A stretch of DNA of 64,000 bases from a virus. The position numbers were made by a program, and so were the translations under genes. The notes under the pieces are model-generated. The model saw only the letters and a program-made list of their open reading frames with translations. It was not told the DNA's origin and ran no database searches. Every line of letters starts with the position of its first letter. Position 1 is the stretch's first letter. This document shows positions 28,694 to 38,354 of this stretch, one piece after another. The stretch is taken from positions 53,406 through 117,405 of the IMG/VR virus record IMGVR_UViG_3300047160_006900; one strand, written 5' to 3'.

Positions 28694-31284
28694 GCACGAC
28701 TCCGCAGGTTGTCGATACCTCCAAGCGGGTCATCCTCGACTACACCAGTCGGGACTACAAGGCCATCCGGTCCATGCTGGTGGGCCTGGCCGGTGGTCTG
28801 CTCCCGGACTGGGAGACGGTGGGCGAGACCGGTGACTTCGGCACCCTGCTGCTGGAGTTGTACGCCTACACGGGCGACGTCATGAACTACTACGTCGATC
28901 GGGTGGCCTCGGAGGCCTTCCTGGGCACGGCGGTCCGACGGCAGAGCGCTCTTTACATCGCTGACATGCTGGGGTACCAGCCCATGGGCCAGCGGGCGGC
29001 GTCCGTGCCCATCACCTTCACCTGGACCTGGGACACCAACAACCTGACTGGTGGAGTCATCCCGATCTCCACCTATGCCGTTGCTTCAGCCACCGCCACG
29101 AATGGGGTAGCGACGGTGGGGGTCACCAGCGATACCTTCTCGGTGGTCCTGGTCCCTGGTCAGACCGTCACCATCTCTGGGGTGGGGTCTCCCTTCGACG
29201 GCCGCTTCGTGGTGAGGTCGGTGACCGACGCCACTGCCACCACACCGCTGTTGATCACCTACAACATCACCGACCCGGCGGTGTTCACTGGGACGATCGG
29301 GGGTTCCTCCCAGATCACCACCGGGTCGGTGGTCATCGTCCTCGCCGGGACCCGCCTCTCCTCCGCTCCCGATGCCAGTGGGCAGGTCTACACCTTTGAG
29401 ACCGATATCGACGTCACCCTGGACACCGCCGCCGGGAAGAGCACGCCTGCTGCTCCTACGGTGTTCACCGTCACCTTCGCCACCACGGCGTCCGAGGGTC
29501 TGACCGTGGCTCCCTACCTGCTGGGGACCAGCCAGGGTATTCCCAACGCCGAGTATGTGATCAGTGACGTGGGGGTCATCGACCGCACGGTCCAGGTGTT
29601 CACCAAGGAGGGTGGGGCGGTCATCACCTGGGCCAGTCTGCAGAAGATCGCCCAGGCCAGCCCCACCCAGTCGTCCTACGCCACCTACATCGATGACCAG
29701 AACTTCACCCACATCATGTTCGGGGACGGGACGTCCGGTCGGATCCCTCCGGCCAATGCCGAGATCTACGTCGGCTATCGCTTCGGCTCTGGGGCAGCGG
29801 CCAACAACCTGGGTATCGGGTCGATCAATGTCCTGAACAACGATTTCGCTACCAGTCTGGGGGTGTCGGTCTCCAACCCAGGGGCTCCGGTGGGGGGAGC
29901 GGACGTGGAGTCGGTGGACTCCATGCGCTTCTCCATCCCCCGTTCCAATGCCCTCAAGCAGCGGGCGGTCACGCTGGATGACTACACCAGCCTGGCCCTC
30001 CAGGTACCAGGGATTACCAAGGCCACGGCCTATGGGCAGAACTACACCTCGGTGTACGTGCGGATTGCTTCCAGCCCCCAGTCGCAGGGCTACGTGGTCA
30101 CCGACGTCACTGGGCTGTACGTGTCGACGGCGACCATCCCGGCCCAGGTCACCGTGCCCCTGAACAACGACTACGCCCTGGTCTTGGGGGAGTTCTTCTT
30201 CCTCGACAACGTGCGTGACGACCTGGATGGGACGCAGACCCCGACCAATGTCTGGCTGTCCTCCAGCACCCAGACCGTGGTCACGGCAGCCTCGTTGACC
30301 AGCTACGTGGTCACCCTCACCACCGCCACGGTTCATACCTATCAGCAAGGTCAGCCCATCGTCGTGTCCGGGGTCAACCAGGCGGTGTTCAACGGGGTCC
30401 AGGTCATCTCGGCCGTGCCCGATGCCAACACCGTGCAGTATCTGGTGGCTACCGCAGGACCGACGACGGGGATCATCAGCGGGACGGCAGCCATCACCGC
30501 CGAGCCCGGGATCACCTTTGAGTCCGATACCACGACCGATACCACCCCCGGTGGGGGAGCAGGACCAGTGGTGGAAACGGTCTCGGACACGGCCACGACC
30601 ACCAGCATTGACCCGGAGATGCAGAAGCTGATCAACGCCTTGGAGTCCTATCTGGTCGACAAGAAGCTCATCGGCTCCGTGGTGTACGGGGAGCCGGTGC
30701 AGTGGACCGATACCGATATCAATATGAACGTGGTCGTACGCCCGCTCTACAACCGGGAGAGCGTGCGCTCCGCCGTGCAGTCGGCGGTGATGTCGGTGTT
30801 CGACTACACCAACGTGGACTTCGGACGACGGGTCAGCATCGGGGATGTATACCGGGCGGCGCTGGCGGTGGACGGGGTCGACTACGTCGTCATGAACCGA
30901 CTGGCCGAGACCGTGTCCTCGTCCTACAACGTGGTCAAGGACATCAACGGGACCGACGATTATGTCTTGACCGTGACCCGAGCCCAGATGGACGCCGGGG
31001 TGGTCACCCTCAACGTCCATGAGACGCTCAACCTCAAGGTGGGGGACACGGTCACGGTCACGAATGTGGGCTCCTACTTCGACGGCCAGTTCGTGGTCAC
31101 CACCATTGTGAGCGAGATGCGCTTCACCTACGCCACGCTCACCGGGCTGACCTTCGCCTCATTCCCGACCACCAACGCCACGGCGACCCGGGACGACTCG
31201 CAGAACCTGTACCGGATCCCCCGGATCAATCCCAACCTGGCCCTGCCCTGGGTCACGGCGACCGGCGGGCTGGTGAACACCTAG
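28690..31284 (+). CDS. Baseplate J/gp6-like wedge protein with inserted small beta domains
   Basis: DYTSRDY, FGDG..GRIP, GGADVES and RAVTLDDY motifs. Confidence 0.92.
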   Translation: MSTTPQVVDTSKRVILDYTSRDYKAIRSMLVGLAGGLLPDWETVGETGDFGTLLLELYAYTGDVMNYYVDRVASEAFLGTAVRRQSALYIADMLGYQPMGQRAASVPITFTWTWDTNNLTGGVIPISTYAVASATATNGVATVGVTSDTFSVVLVPGQTVTISGVGSPFDGRFVVRSVTDATATTPLLITYNITDPAVFTGTIGGSSQITTGSVVIVLAGTRLSSAPDASGQVYTFETDIDVTLDTAAGKSTPAAPTVFTVTFATTASEGLTVAPYLLGTSQGIPNAEYVISDVGVIDRTVQVFTKEGGAVITWASLQKIAQASPTQSSYATYIDDQNFTHIMFGDGTSGRIPPANAEIYVGYRFGSGAAANNLGIGSINVLNNDFATSLGVSVSNPGAPVGGADVESVDSMRFSIPRSNALKQRAVTLDDYTSLALQVPGITKATAYGQNYTSVYVRIASSPQSQGYVVTDVTGLYVSTATIPAQVTVPLNNDYALVLGEFFFLDNVRDDLDGTQTPTNVWLSSSTQTVVTAASLTSYVVTLTTATVHTYQQGQPIVVSGVNQAVFNGVQVISAVPDANTVQYLVATAGPTTGIISGTAAITAEPGITFESDTTTDTTPGGGAGPVVETVSDTATTTSIDPEMQKLINALESYLVDKKLIGSVVYGEPVQWTDTDINMNVVVRPLYNRESVRSAVQSAVMSVFDYTNVDFGRRVSIGDVYRAALAVDGVDYVVMNRLAETVSSSYNVVKDINGTDDYVLTVTRAQMDAGVVTLNVHETLNLKVGDTVTVTNVGSYFDGQFVVTTIVSEMRFTYATLTGLTFASFPTTNATATRDDSQNLYRIPRINPNLALPWVTATGGLVNT

Positions 31285-33399
31285 ATGCCTGACCCCTCGG
31301 CCTACAGCCCTTCGTTCCAGGTTGATACCGATACCGTCGGGGCAGCGCTTGAGGCCAGTATCGCAGCGATTGATACCGGTGGTCCGAAGGGTGGTCCTAC
31401 GATCACCATCACCACCACCGCTGCCCACCACTTCGGAGTGGGTTGGGAAGTCACCATCCAGGGGCTGACCGGAGACTACGAGGTCATCAACGGGGTCTAC
31501 TCGATCATCGAGATCCCCTCCGCCACGACGTTCCGGTTCTCTCTCACCACCAACCTGGCCCCCCGGAATGTGGTCGAGGGGAAAGCGCTCTCTCCTTCCC
31601 CCTCATATATCCGATACATCCCCCACGACACGCTCATCAGTAGCGTCACCAATCACACCACGTTGTACGTGGAGCCGTGGGACTACAACACCATCCGGGT
31701 CACTTGGGGGACGGACGTCACGCTCAACGATCGAGCCGTTCGGGATATCAACAACGGTCATACCCCGTTGGTGGTGATCACTCGATCGGGTTTCGGGTAT
31801 CCCTCCACCCCTATCGATGGCGTTCAGGTCCTGGCCGGTCACTACCACGACTACATCGTGGACGACGCCCACCCCCGCCCGGTGGAGTACGTCGAGACCA
31901 TGCCCGTCAACACCCAGAACGACTGGACCCGACAGGTCCCTCCCGTTCAGGGGCTCTACGACCGCAACCTGCCGCAGGGGCACTGGTTCTACTACACGGT
32001 GTTCTTCTACCTGGGGTCCTATGACGACCTCACCCAGGACTTCCTCGGGCAGGTGTGGGTCAAGTCGGCATCCATGGACGCCGTTACCCCCGTGAATCAC
32101 CACCACGCCGAGCGGCTCTACGATCTGGTCCCGGAGTACTACCAGTTCAAGGACTCGGAGTTCCTGGCCGGGACCGGGCGGAGGGGTGTCGTTGAACGGT
32201 TTCTCCAGGTCATCGGATTCGATCTCGACTACACCCTCACTCTGGCGGACGGCATTGAGCACGTCTACGACGTCGACACCACCCACGACGACCTGCTACA
32301 TAGTCTGGGAGTCTTCAATTTTGGCGTACCTGTTGAAGACGGACTGGGAGATATCCGATACCGATCCCTCCTAGCGACCGTCAGTCGGCTGTACGAGGAG
32401 CGGGGCAGCGCAGCGGGGCTGCAGCAGATGACCAATGCGGCGACCAAGTATCGCTGCAAGGTCCTGGAAGGCCCCAACATGATGAACCTGGCGGACGATG
32501 CCGAGTTCGCCAGCGGGACCGGGTCTTGGGGCAACCCGGTGAATGCCTACGCCGATGAGATCCACGCCATGGACTGGTTGGGGAGGACGATCTCCAGCTT
32601 CAACGCCGTGTCGATGGAGTCGGTCCCTCTGCTCACCACCCCCGAGGGAGGCCAGGGCTCCCTGGTCGTCCGGCGGAACGCCATGGAGGTGGGGGTCAAG
32701 ACCCTCCCGGCGGGGTTCGATGAGCGGCTGACCCACTTCGATGCGGCGTCCCCGTTCGACGGGGTGGCCCCGACGTCGGTCTCCGGGGAGGACATCGGGT
32801 TCGACGCCGACCTCCCCTTCGACTACATCGTGGACTTTGACGGGGCAGGCTCGATCTCGGACGCCGTGCTGCTGACCTGTGGGTTGGGGGAGGGGATCAC
32901 CCAGGGTCGACGGCACGAAGAGATGCTGGTGAACTTCTATCCCCGGTTGCACGGAATCCGCTGCATGCCGGAGAAGACCTACACCTTCTCGGGCTACTCC
33001 GTGCTGTCGACCACCCCGCCGCTGGTGGGCAACGCCGCCGTGGGCATCATGTGGTTCAACGAGGACGAGGACGGGATCTTCACCTTCAACCAGGACTTCA
33101 TCTCCAAGGACGAGTCGGTCCGGGGCTTGGAGGCCACCTCCGCTGATGACAATGTCCCTGGTCCCTTCCGGCGCTTCTCCATCGACTCGATCGCTCCGTT
33201 GGCCCTGCGGGGAGAGAACTACGTCTTCGCCGTGCCCTACTGGGTGTTCACCGACTCCCAGGCCCGATACATCTCGGCCTGCATGTTCCATCCCCAGGTC
33301 AATACCTCTCAGACGTTCGCTCTGCCGACCGTGCAGTACCTGCGGCTGGGTATGCCTCGGGAGACGTTGGATTCCGGGTTCGTGTTGGGGTCGCCGTGA
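31285..33399 (+). CDS. Baseplate wedge protein (P2 gpI/gp7-like)
   Basis: Follows J; RFLQVIGFDLD and LYEERGSAAGL pattern. Confidence 0.7.
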   Translation: MPDPSAYSPSFQVDTDTVGAALEASIAAIDTGGPKGGPTITITTTAAHHFGVGWEVTIQGLTGDYEVINGVYSIIEIPSATTFRFSLTTNLAPRNVVEGKALSPSPSYIRYIPHDTLISSVTNHTTLYVEPWDYNTIRVTWGTDVTLNDRAVRDINNGHTPLVVITRSGFGYPSTPIDGVQVLAGHYHDYIVDDAHPRPVEYVETMPVNTQNDWTRQVPPVQGLYDRNLPQGHWFYYTVFFYLGSYDDLTQDFLGQVWVKSASMDAVTPVNHHHAERLYDLVPEYYQFKDSEFLAGTGRRGVVERFLQVIGFDLDYTLTLADGIEHVYDVDTTHDDLLHSLGVFNFGVPVEDGLGDIRYRSLLATVSRLYEERGSAAGLQQMTNAATKYRCKVLEGPNMMNLADDAEFASGTGSWGNPVNAYADEIHAMDWLGRTISSFNAVSMESVPLLTTPEGGQGSLVVRRNAMEVGVKTLPAGFDERLTHFDAASPFDGVAPTSVSGEDIGFDADLPFDYIVDFDGAGSISDAVLLTCGLGEGITQGRRHEEMLVNFYPRLHGIRCMPEKTYTFSGYSVLSTTPPLVGNAAVGIMWFNEDEDGIFTFNQDFISKDESVRGLEATSADDNVPGPFRRFSIDSIAPLALRGENYVFAVPYWVFTDSQARYISACMFHPQVNTSQTFALPTVQYLRLGMPRETLDSGFVLGSP

Positions 33400-35075
33400 A
33401 CACCACCATGACTACGTCCTGGTTTCGGGAGAACTATCACTCCATCAACTGGTCGGCGCTGCCGCAGGTGGAGGTGAAGTTCTTCGGGCGGGCTCCCTCG
33501 TTCACCGTTGATGCCCAGGCGGTCTTCGATACCTATGAATCGCTGAGCGATATCGAGGGACTGGTGGAGTGGGTCCCGATCGTCAGCGGCATCGTGTCCC
33601 TGCCGACAGCGATCCATGCCAAGGAGTATGTGGAGAACGATCTCGTCGGGCTGCAGCTAGTGGACCCCTCGGGAGCGGTGGCGGCGATCGATGGGCCAAC
33701 CTCCTATGGCTGGGTGTTCTATGACCCGCACAGCGTAGGGGTCCAGGAGATCGTCTCGGTGGTGGTCTTCTATCTCTTCGGGACCGTCAACGGGGTGGTC
33801 AATCCGATCATCTGTGCGACCACCCAGGGCATCGGGGAGGGGACGGTCGTCCACGTCGACTCCCTCTTCGGTCAGTACCAGGACTTCGCCGTCACCCGGG
33901 GGAAGGTCCGCTTCCTCACCGTGGACGAGACCGCCATCCCGACCACCTTCACTGCGGCCTACATCCTATTGAAGCCTGCCCTCCCCACCTGGGAGAGCGC
34001 TCACGCCCAGCACCTGTGGTTGGAACCCCAGCGGACCAACCTGATCGTCAACCCGTCGTTTGAGGCTCCGACCGACGTGGGGGTCCCGGGCTGGCGATAT
34101 TCCGGGACCCACGGGGAACAGTTCCCGGGCGGGGTGGATCTCCATCGCCCGCTGTGTGGGCACTTCACGGACCCAGCCCCGATCATCGTGGAATCCAACT
34201 ACTTCCCCGCCCTCGGGACCTGGCTCTCGTTCAGTACCTATCTCTCGGTGGCTGCGATAGGTACTCAGGCCGATATCACTTTCGGCCTTGTCGGATTCGA
34301 TGCCAGCTACACCCGGACCACGTTCTACTGTTCGGATACACCGATCCAGTCCCGGATCATCGGGGTAGAACGACTGGATGATCAGGTGACGTTCGTAACC
34401 GACGGTCCGCACGGATACTTCACGACCGAGTCGGTGCTGATCGAGGACATTGGTCCTTTCAACGGGTCGTACTCGGTGGTGGATGTCCCTTCGGACGTGA
34501 GCTTCACGATCTCCTTGCCGGGATCCGATGTACTGATGGAGGCCGCCAGTGGCCGAGCCACCGTGCAGAAACAACTCCATGCCAGCGGGGGATCCCCGAT
34601 CAGCGGGTTCCTGCAGTATCAAGGCATGATTCAGACTCCGGTCGACACCATCGAAATGTGCATGCGGATCGAGGTCACTGGAGCCAGTGAGATCTGGATC
34701 GACAATGCGATGGTCGATCCCCATGAGGGGCAGTTCGGATACTTCGACGGGAACTCGATCGATAGTTTCCCCGATGACTACCGCTGGATGGGCGGGAGAA
34801 CGAATCGGCATTTCTCCTGCTGGTATTCCAACTACCTGAATACCCACAACCGATTGTTCTCGGATTGGGACGAGAACGAACAGCGGTACAAGGCGGGGTT
34901 GGTGGAGGAGTGGGCTCCCACCGGAGCCAGCATCATCGATCACTGGGACGCCGTGACCAGCTTCACGCCCCTGAACTGGGCCGGGGATGCGTACTACCCG
35001 GTCAACGAGGTTGCGGGAACGCCGCTGACGACCCCGACCTCCCGGGTGAGCTTCAAGAATCTCCCTTTGTCCTAA
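33396..35075 (+). CDS. Baseplate/tail protein with a carbohydrate-binding-like domain
   Basis: RTNLIVNPSFE and GYFDGNS motifs. Confidence 0.65.
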   Translation: MNTTMTTSWFRENYHSINWSALPQVEVKFFGRAPSFTVDAQAVFDTYESLSDIEGLVEWVPIVSGIVSLPTAIHAKEYVENDLVGLQLVDPSGAVAAIDGPTSYGWVFYDPHSVGVQEIVSVVVFYLFGTVNGVVNPIICATTQGIGEGTVVHVDSLFGQYQDFAVTRGKVRFLTVDETAIPTTFTAAYILLKPALPTWESAHAQHLWLEPQRTNLIVNPSFEAPTDVGVPGWRYSGTHGEQFPGGVDLHRPLCGHFTDPAPIIVESNYFPALGTWLSFSTYLSVAAIGTQADITFGLVGFDASYTRTTFYCSDTPIQSRIIGVERLDDQVTFVTDGPHGYFTTESVLIEDIGPFNGSYSVVDVPSDVSFTISLPGSDVLMEAASGRATVQKQLHASGGSPISGFLQYQGMIQTPVDTIEMCMRIEVTGASEIWIDNAMVDPHEGQFGYFDGNSIDSFPDDYRWMGGRTNRHFSCWYSNYLNTHNRLFSDWDENEQRYKAGLVEEWAPTGASIIDHWDAVTSFTPLNWAGDAYYPVNEVAGTPLTTPTSRVSFKNLPLS

Positions 35076-35097
35076 TAGAGAAAATCTTCTCTAGGAC

Positions 35098-35126
35098 TTG
35101 CACATTCTGTGGTTGATAGGTATGGT
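35098..35126 (+). promoter_or_regulatory. Housekeeping-sigma promoter TTGCAC-N17-TATGGT
   Basis: Canonical 17-bp spacing in an AT-rich gap; palindrome TAGAGAA-AATC-TTCTCTA at 35076-35093 just upstream. Confidence 0.7.
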
Positions 35127-35165
35127 ACTTCGTTACCAGAACTTCTTCGTGATATCAACTTCAGG

Positions 35166-35804
35166 ATGGAGCAACCATTGAACGTGCAGTGGGCGCAGAT
35201 CGAAGCCGAGTGCGATGGGTATCGTGCCGGGTTCGTAGCGGTGTTCAGGAAGTACGAAGGCCAGTCCACCGACGAGAAGGACGCTCAGGGTCGTATCGTC
35301 AAGGTGACGGCCTCATCGTTCGCTCTCCACATGGGTGTCGCAATAACCACCTTCAAAGGATGGATGAAGCAAATCGACGGCGTGCGTCGATCTGGTCTTC
35401 AACCAAGCCAGACGCCAGCCACCACCCGCACTGGTCAGATGGGACGGCAGATCGCCAAGAGCCCGACGACCACTGTCGATGACAAGGTCGGCATGTTGGA
35501 GGATCTCATCTCCGACAAGAAGGTCCTCAAGGCCTATCGGGAGAAGCGGGCTCCAGACGTGTCGGAGCACGACGCCAAGGCTGCCGAAGCGGCAGCGGAG
35601 GCCTTCGCCCACACGGTCGGTCAGTCCTTCACGGGACTGGAAGTGCCGATGTGGATCAACGAGATCAAGGACATCACCAAGACCCTGTCCGAGTACGAGT
35701 ACGACGAGGACACGATCACCAAGCTGGCCCAGGTGGTCCGCAAGCTGATGGACGAGATCGAGATCCAGCAGTTCCGCCTCGGTCTGATCGAGGAGGTCCA
35801 GTGA
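35166..35804 (+). CDS. Hypothetical protein with an HTH-like segment
   Basis: ASSFALHMGVAITTFKGWM; start is ATG 35166 or TTG 35178. Confidence 0.65.
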   Translation: MEQPLNVQWAQIEAECDGYRAGFVAVFRKYEGQSTDEKDAQGRIVKVTASSFALHMGVAITTFKGWMKQIDGVRRSGLQPSQTPATTRTGQMGRQIAKSPTTTVDDKVGMLEDLISDKKVLKAYREKRAPDVSEHDAKAAEAAAEAFAHTVGQSFTGLEVPMWINEIKDITKTLSEYEYDEDTITKLAQVVRKLMDEIEIQQFRLGLIEEVQ

Positions 35805-36268
35805 TGGCGACTGATCCTCAGTCCGTGTGGGAGATCTTTGAACAGGACTACCTCGATCTCCTGGGACCGGGGGGAAGGTTCAGCGCCACGTCCCTTGCTC
35901 GTTCCGCTGGGGTCGAGCCATCTGAGGCAACCCGGTGGATCCAGGCGTACAAGTTGGCTCAGCGGGGGAAGCGTTCCCGTACCCGTTACGTGTTGACCCG
36001 GAAGAACCGAACCTCCGCAGCCATCTGGACGATCGGGACCAAGCTCAAGGATTCTCAGTTGGTGGTCGGCCAGTTCGGTCGGGACCTCCAGAACACGCTG
36101 CGGCAGGCGGTGCTGCGGGACCTGAATCGTTACGGGAAGATCACCCCGCAAATCCGAAACGCCATCACCGCCAGCCTGGAGCCGATGTTGGAGGGTATGG
36201 GCAAGATGGTCGAGTCGATGTTGGCGACTGCCCATCAGGCCAACGACCCGATCTGGGAAGTGGTCTGA
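35804..36268 (+). CDS. Hypothetical winged-helix-like protein
   Basis: GGAGG RBS; FSATSLARSAGVEPSEATRWIQAY. Confidence 0.65.
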   Translation: MATDPQSVWEIFEQDYLDLLGPGGRFSATSLARSAGVEPSEATRWIQAYKLAQRGKRSRTRYVLTRKNRTSAAIWTIGTKLKDSQLVVGQFGRDLQNTLRQAVLRDLNRYGKITPQIRNAITASLEPMLEGMGKMVESMLATAHQANDPIWEVV

Positions 36269-36284
36269 AAGATCCCAGGAAATG

Positions 36285-36314
36285 GAAAGGCCCCTGCTCC
36301 AGCGGGGGCCTTTC
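36285..36314 (+). terminator. Intrinsic terminator hairpin
   Basis: GAAAGGCCCC/GGGGCCTTTC 10-bp stem followed by TACTT. Confidence 0.8.
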
Positions 36315-36317
36315 TAC

Positions 36318-36346
36318 TTGCAGGAAGCAACTATAGGGGATATCCT
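36318..36346 (+). promoter_or_regulatory. Promoter TTGCAG-N17-TATCCT
   Basis: Immediately after the terminator and about 10 nt before ATG 36357, so the transcript would be near-leaderless. Confidence 0.6.
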
Positions 36347-36356
36347 TGATCTCCCC

Positions 36357-36650
36357 ATGGTGGCGTACCTGTTCATCACCTTCGCGGTGTTCTGGATCCT
36401 CAAGTTCCTCTGGTTGTGGATCGATGTGACGGACAATGCGGAGTGGATACGTTTCGTGATCACCCCCATCGTGGCGGCGTTGACGCTGATTCCCTGGAAT
36501 CAGGGGTGGATACATTGGTATTCGCCGTTCGCCATCGCCGCGTTCGTGTACTTCCTGCAACGACTCGAAGATCTGCTGATGGTGAAAGCAGACGAAGCAC
36601 TCATCGCCGTGATGAAAGCGAGGGCATCGGCTACCCGTCGTCCTCGCTGA
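36357..36650 (+). CDS. Small membrane protein with about 3 TM segments
   Basis: Three hydrophobic stretches and a basic C-terminal tail. Confidence 0.65.
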   Translation: MVAYLFITFAVFWILKFLWLWIDVTDNAEWIRFVITPIVAALTLIPWNQGWIHWYSPFAIAAFVYFLQRLEDLLMVKADEALIAVMKARASATRRPR

Positions 36651-36660
36651 AGGAGAACTC

Positions 36661-37686
36661 ATGCTGTACACGCTGGTCGGTAACGGCACTGCCAATCCCA
36701 TCGAAATCATCGCCTCGCTCATGTCCCTCCGGGATGCGGTCGGGGCCAAGGATCCCACCGACGAGTTCTGGGTCATCGTCCAGGATCAGGACGAGCCCAG
36801 TGAGACGATCAAGACCGTCGTGGCCTGGCTGAACGACGCCGGGATCTACTTTGAGACCGTCTCGCCTGCTGGTGGTCCGGTCGGGCAGCCCTACAGCAAG
36901 GCCGACGAGATCCATCTGGCCCGCAAGCCGCTCGACATGATGCTGCGACTCACCAAGGGGCGGCTGCAGCCCAACGAGAAGTCGGCCATCCTCCTGCTGT
37001 CCGATAACCTGGCCGAGGATCGGGATGCCCAGTACGCCATCGAGCGGGCGACCGCCGACGACATCCCGGTCTATGACCTGGGTGGGCAGATGGTCCAGGT
37101 CCAGTTGGAGGAGTCTGAGGAGATCACCCCCCCGATCCCCGAGGCGACCACCATCACGATCCCCGAGACCGCTCCCCAGATGGAGGCAGTGGCAGAGGGA
37201 GTGGAACTCCGTCCCCACGTCAACGGGGACTCCTCGCTGGAGCCGGTGGTCACCCATGCGACCGGTCCACTGACCTACACCCTGCTCGACCTGGAGGATC
37301 TCACTCGGGACGAGTTGAAGGCCTTGGTCAAGACCCAGGGCGTCACCCCTTCTGACATGCGGTCCAAGGACTCCATGATCCAGGCCCTCATGGGGGTGAT
37401 GGGTACTCCCCGTCAGGTTCCAGGGGAGCCATACGTCACCAAGACCGGCAAGGTGCTCACCGACGAAGACATCCAGGCGCTGGCTGACGAGGCGGAGCAG
37501 GGCTATGACGTGAGTCAGGCGGTCAAGTACGACGAGGCCGAAGCCTCCGCCTTTGAGGCCTTTCAGATCGTGGCCGAGATTCAGAGCGCCTACCTCCTGC
37601 GGGTCGGCAGCAGCGGTGAGGTCATTCTCCAACCCATCCCGCCCTCCAAGATGATGCTCATCGACACCCTGCTCGACGGTGACTAG
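36661..37686 (+). CDS. Hypothetical protein with a Rho-N/HeH-like module
   Basis: AAGGAG RBS; LEDLTRDELKALVK..G......SKDSMIQAL. Confidence 0.65.
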   Translation: MLYTLVGNGTANPIEIIASLMSLRDAVGAKDPTDEFWVIVQDQDEPSETIKTVVAWLNDAGIYFETVSPAGGPVGQPYSKADEIHLARKPLDMMLRLTKGRLQPNEKSAILLLSDNLAEDRDAQYAIERATADDIPVYDLGGQMVQVQLEESEEITPPIPEATTITIPETAPQMEAVAEGVELRPHVNGDSSLEPVVTHATGPLTYTLLDLEDLTRDELKALVKTQGVTPSDMRSKDSMIQALMGVMGTPRQVPGEPYVTKTGKVLTDEDIQALADEAEQGYDVSQAVKYDEAEASAFEAFQIVAEIQSAYLLRVGSSGEVILQPIPPSKMMLIDTLLDGD

Positions 37687-37816
37687 CGGAGTGGCGACCG
37701 AGGAGTGCCCCTCAGGGGGGCTGCATATCTGGAGATATGACGCCCACCTGGGCGGGCTGGCCTACCTCTACTGCAAAAAGTGCGGGAAGGAGGTACCCAC
37801 CGAAGACGACGATTGA
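37679..37816 (+). CDS. 45-aa zinc-finger microprotein (not in the ORF track)
   Basis: ECPSGGLHIW...YCKKCGKE; fills the gap between flanking genes. Confidence 0.6.
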   Translation: MTSGVATEECPSGGLHIWRYDAHLGGLAYLYCKKCGKEVPTEDDD

Positions 37817-37823
37817 GGCAAGA

Positions 37824-38264
37824 ATGAACGAGATGACGTGGAAGACCAAGGCAGCCTGTCGGGATGTGGACCCCTCCCTGTTCTTCCCCGACGGGGACTA
37901 CGAACTGGCCGAGCAGAACTGGCGAGCCAAGCGGGTGTGTATGTCCTGCCCCGTGTTGGCCGAGTGCTACGACGCCTACAAGGACGAACGCTACGGGATC
38001 TTCGGTGGGACCACCGCCCCCGAGCGGCTGAACCACATCTCCAAGCGCAGGACCACGGTCGAGAAGGTGTGGGCCAAGAACCGACAGCGTCTCGGGATGC
38101 CTGAGGTGGTGATCCCCGTCTCCGCCCAGCGGCGGTCGGAGATCCGTGACGACGTGCTCTACCTGCACGCCCACGGCTGCGACAACAAGGAGATCAGCGA
38201 GAAGCTGGACCTCCCCCGCTCCACGGTGTGGTCGATCATCAACCGGTCACAAAGGGTTGCGTAG
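37824..38264 (+). CDS. whiB: WhiB-family transcription factor fused to a C-terminal HTH
   Basis: W...AAC...DP.LFFP, AKRVC..CPV..EC and GIFGG motifs; NKEISEKLDLPRSTVWSII. Confidence 0.92.
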   Translation: MNEMTWKTKAACRDVDPSLFFPDGDYELAEQNWRAKRVCMSCPVLAECYDAYKDERYGIFGGTTAPERLNHISKRRTTVEKVWAKNRQRLGMPEVVIPVSAQRRSEIRDDVLYLHAHGCDNKEISEKLDLPRSTVWSIINRSQRVA

Positions 38265-38297
38265 CCGCTCGTCCGGGTGTTAACTAGCCCGACACAT

Positions 38298-38330
38298 GAA
38301 GAAGCCCCGGGGACGAACCGGGGCCTCTTC
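38298..38330 (+). terminator. GC-rich hairpin upstream of the initiator gene
   Basis: GAAGA-AGCCCCGG / CCGGGGC-CTCTTC. Confidence 0.45.
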
Positions 38331-38354
38331 CAGAACCCCTGAGAAGGAGGGGCT

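Noticed and set aside
13161-31020. Long minus-strand ORFs (for example 13161..15122 and 29086..31020, also 3326..4741)
   Set aside because: They are antisense shadows of high-GC, codon-biased plus-strand genes and show no recognisable motifs
17812-35075. Extracellular contractile injection system (eCIS) or tailocin
   Set aside because: The tail genes are contiguous with neck genes and a full phage replisome, and no eCIS AAA+ ATPase is present, so a myovirus fits better
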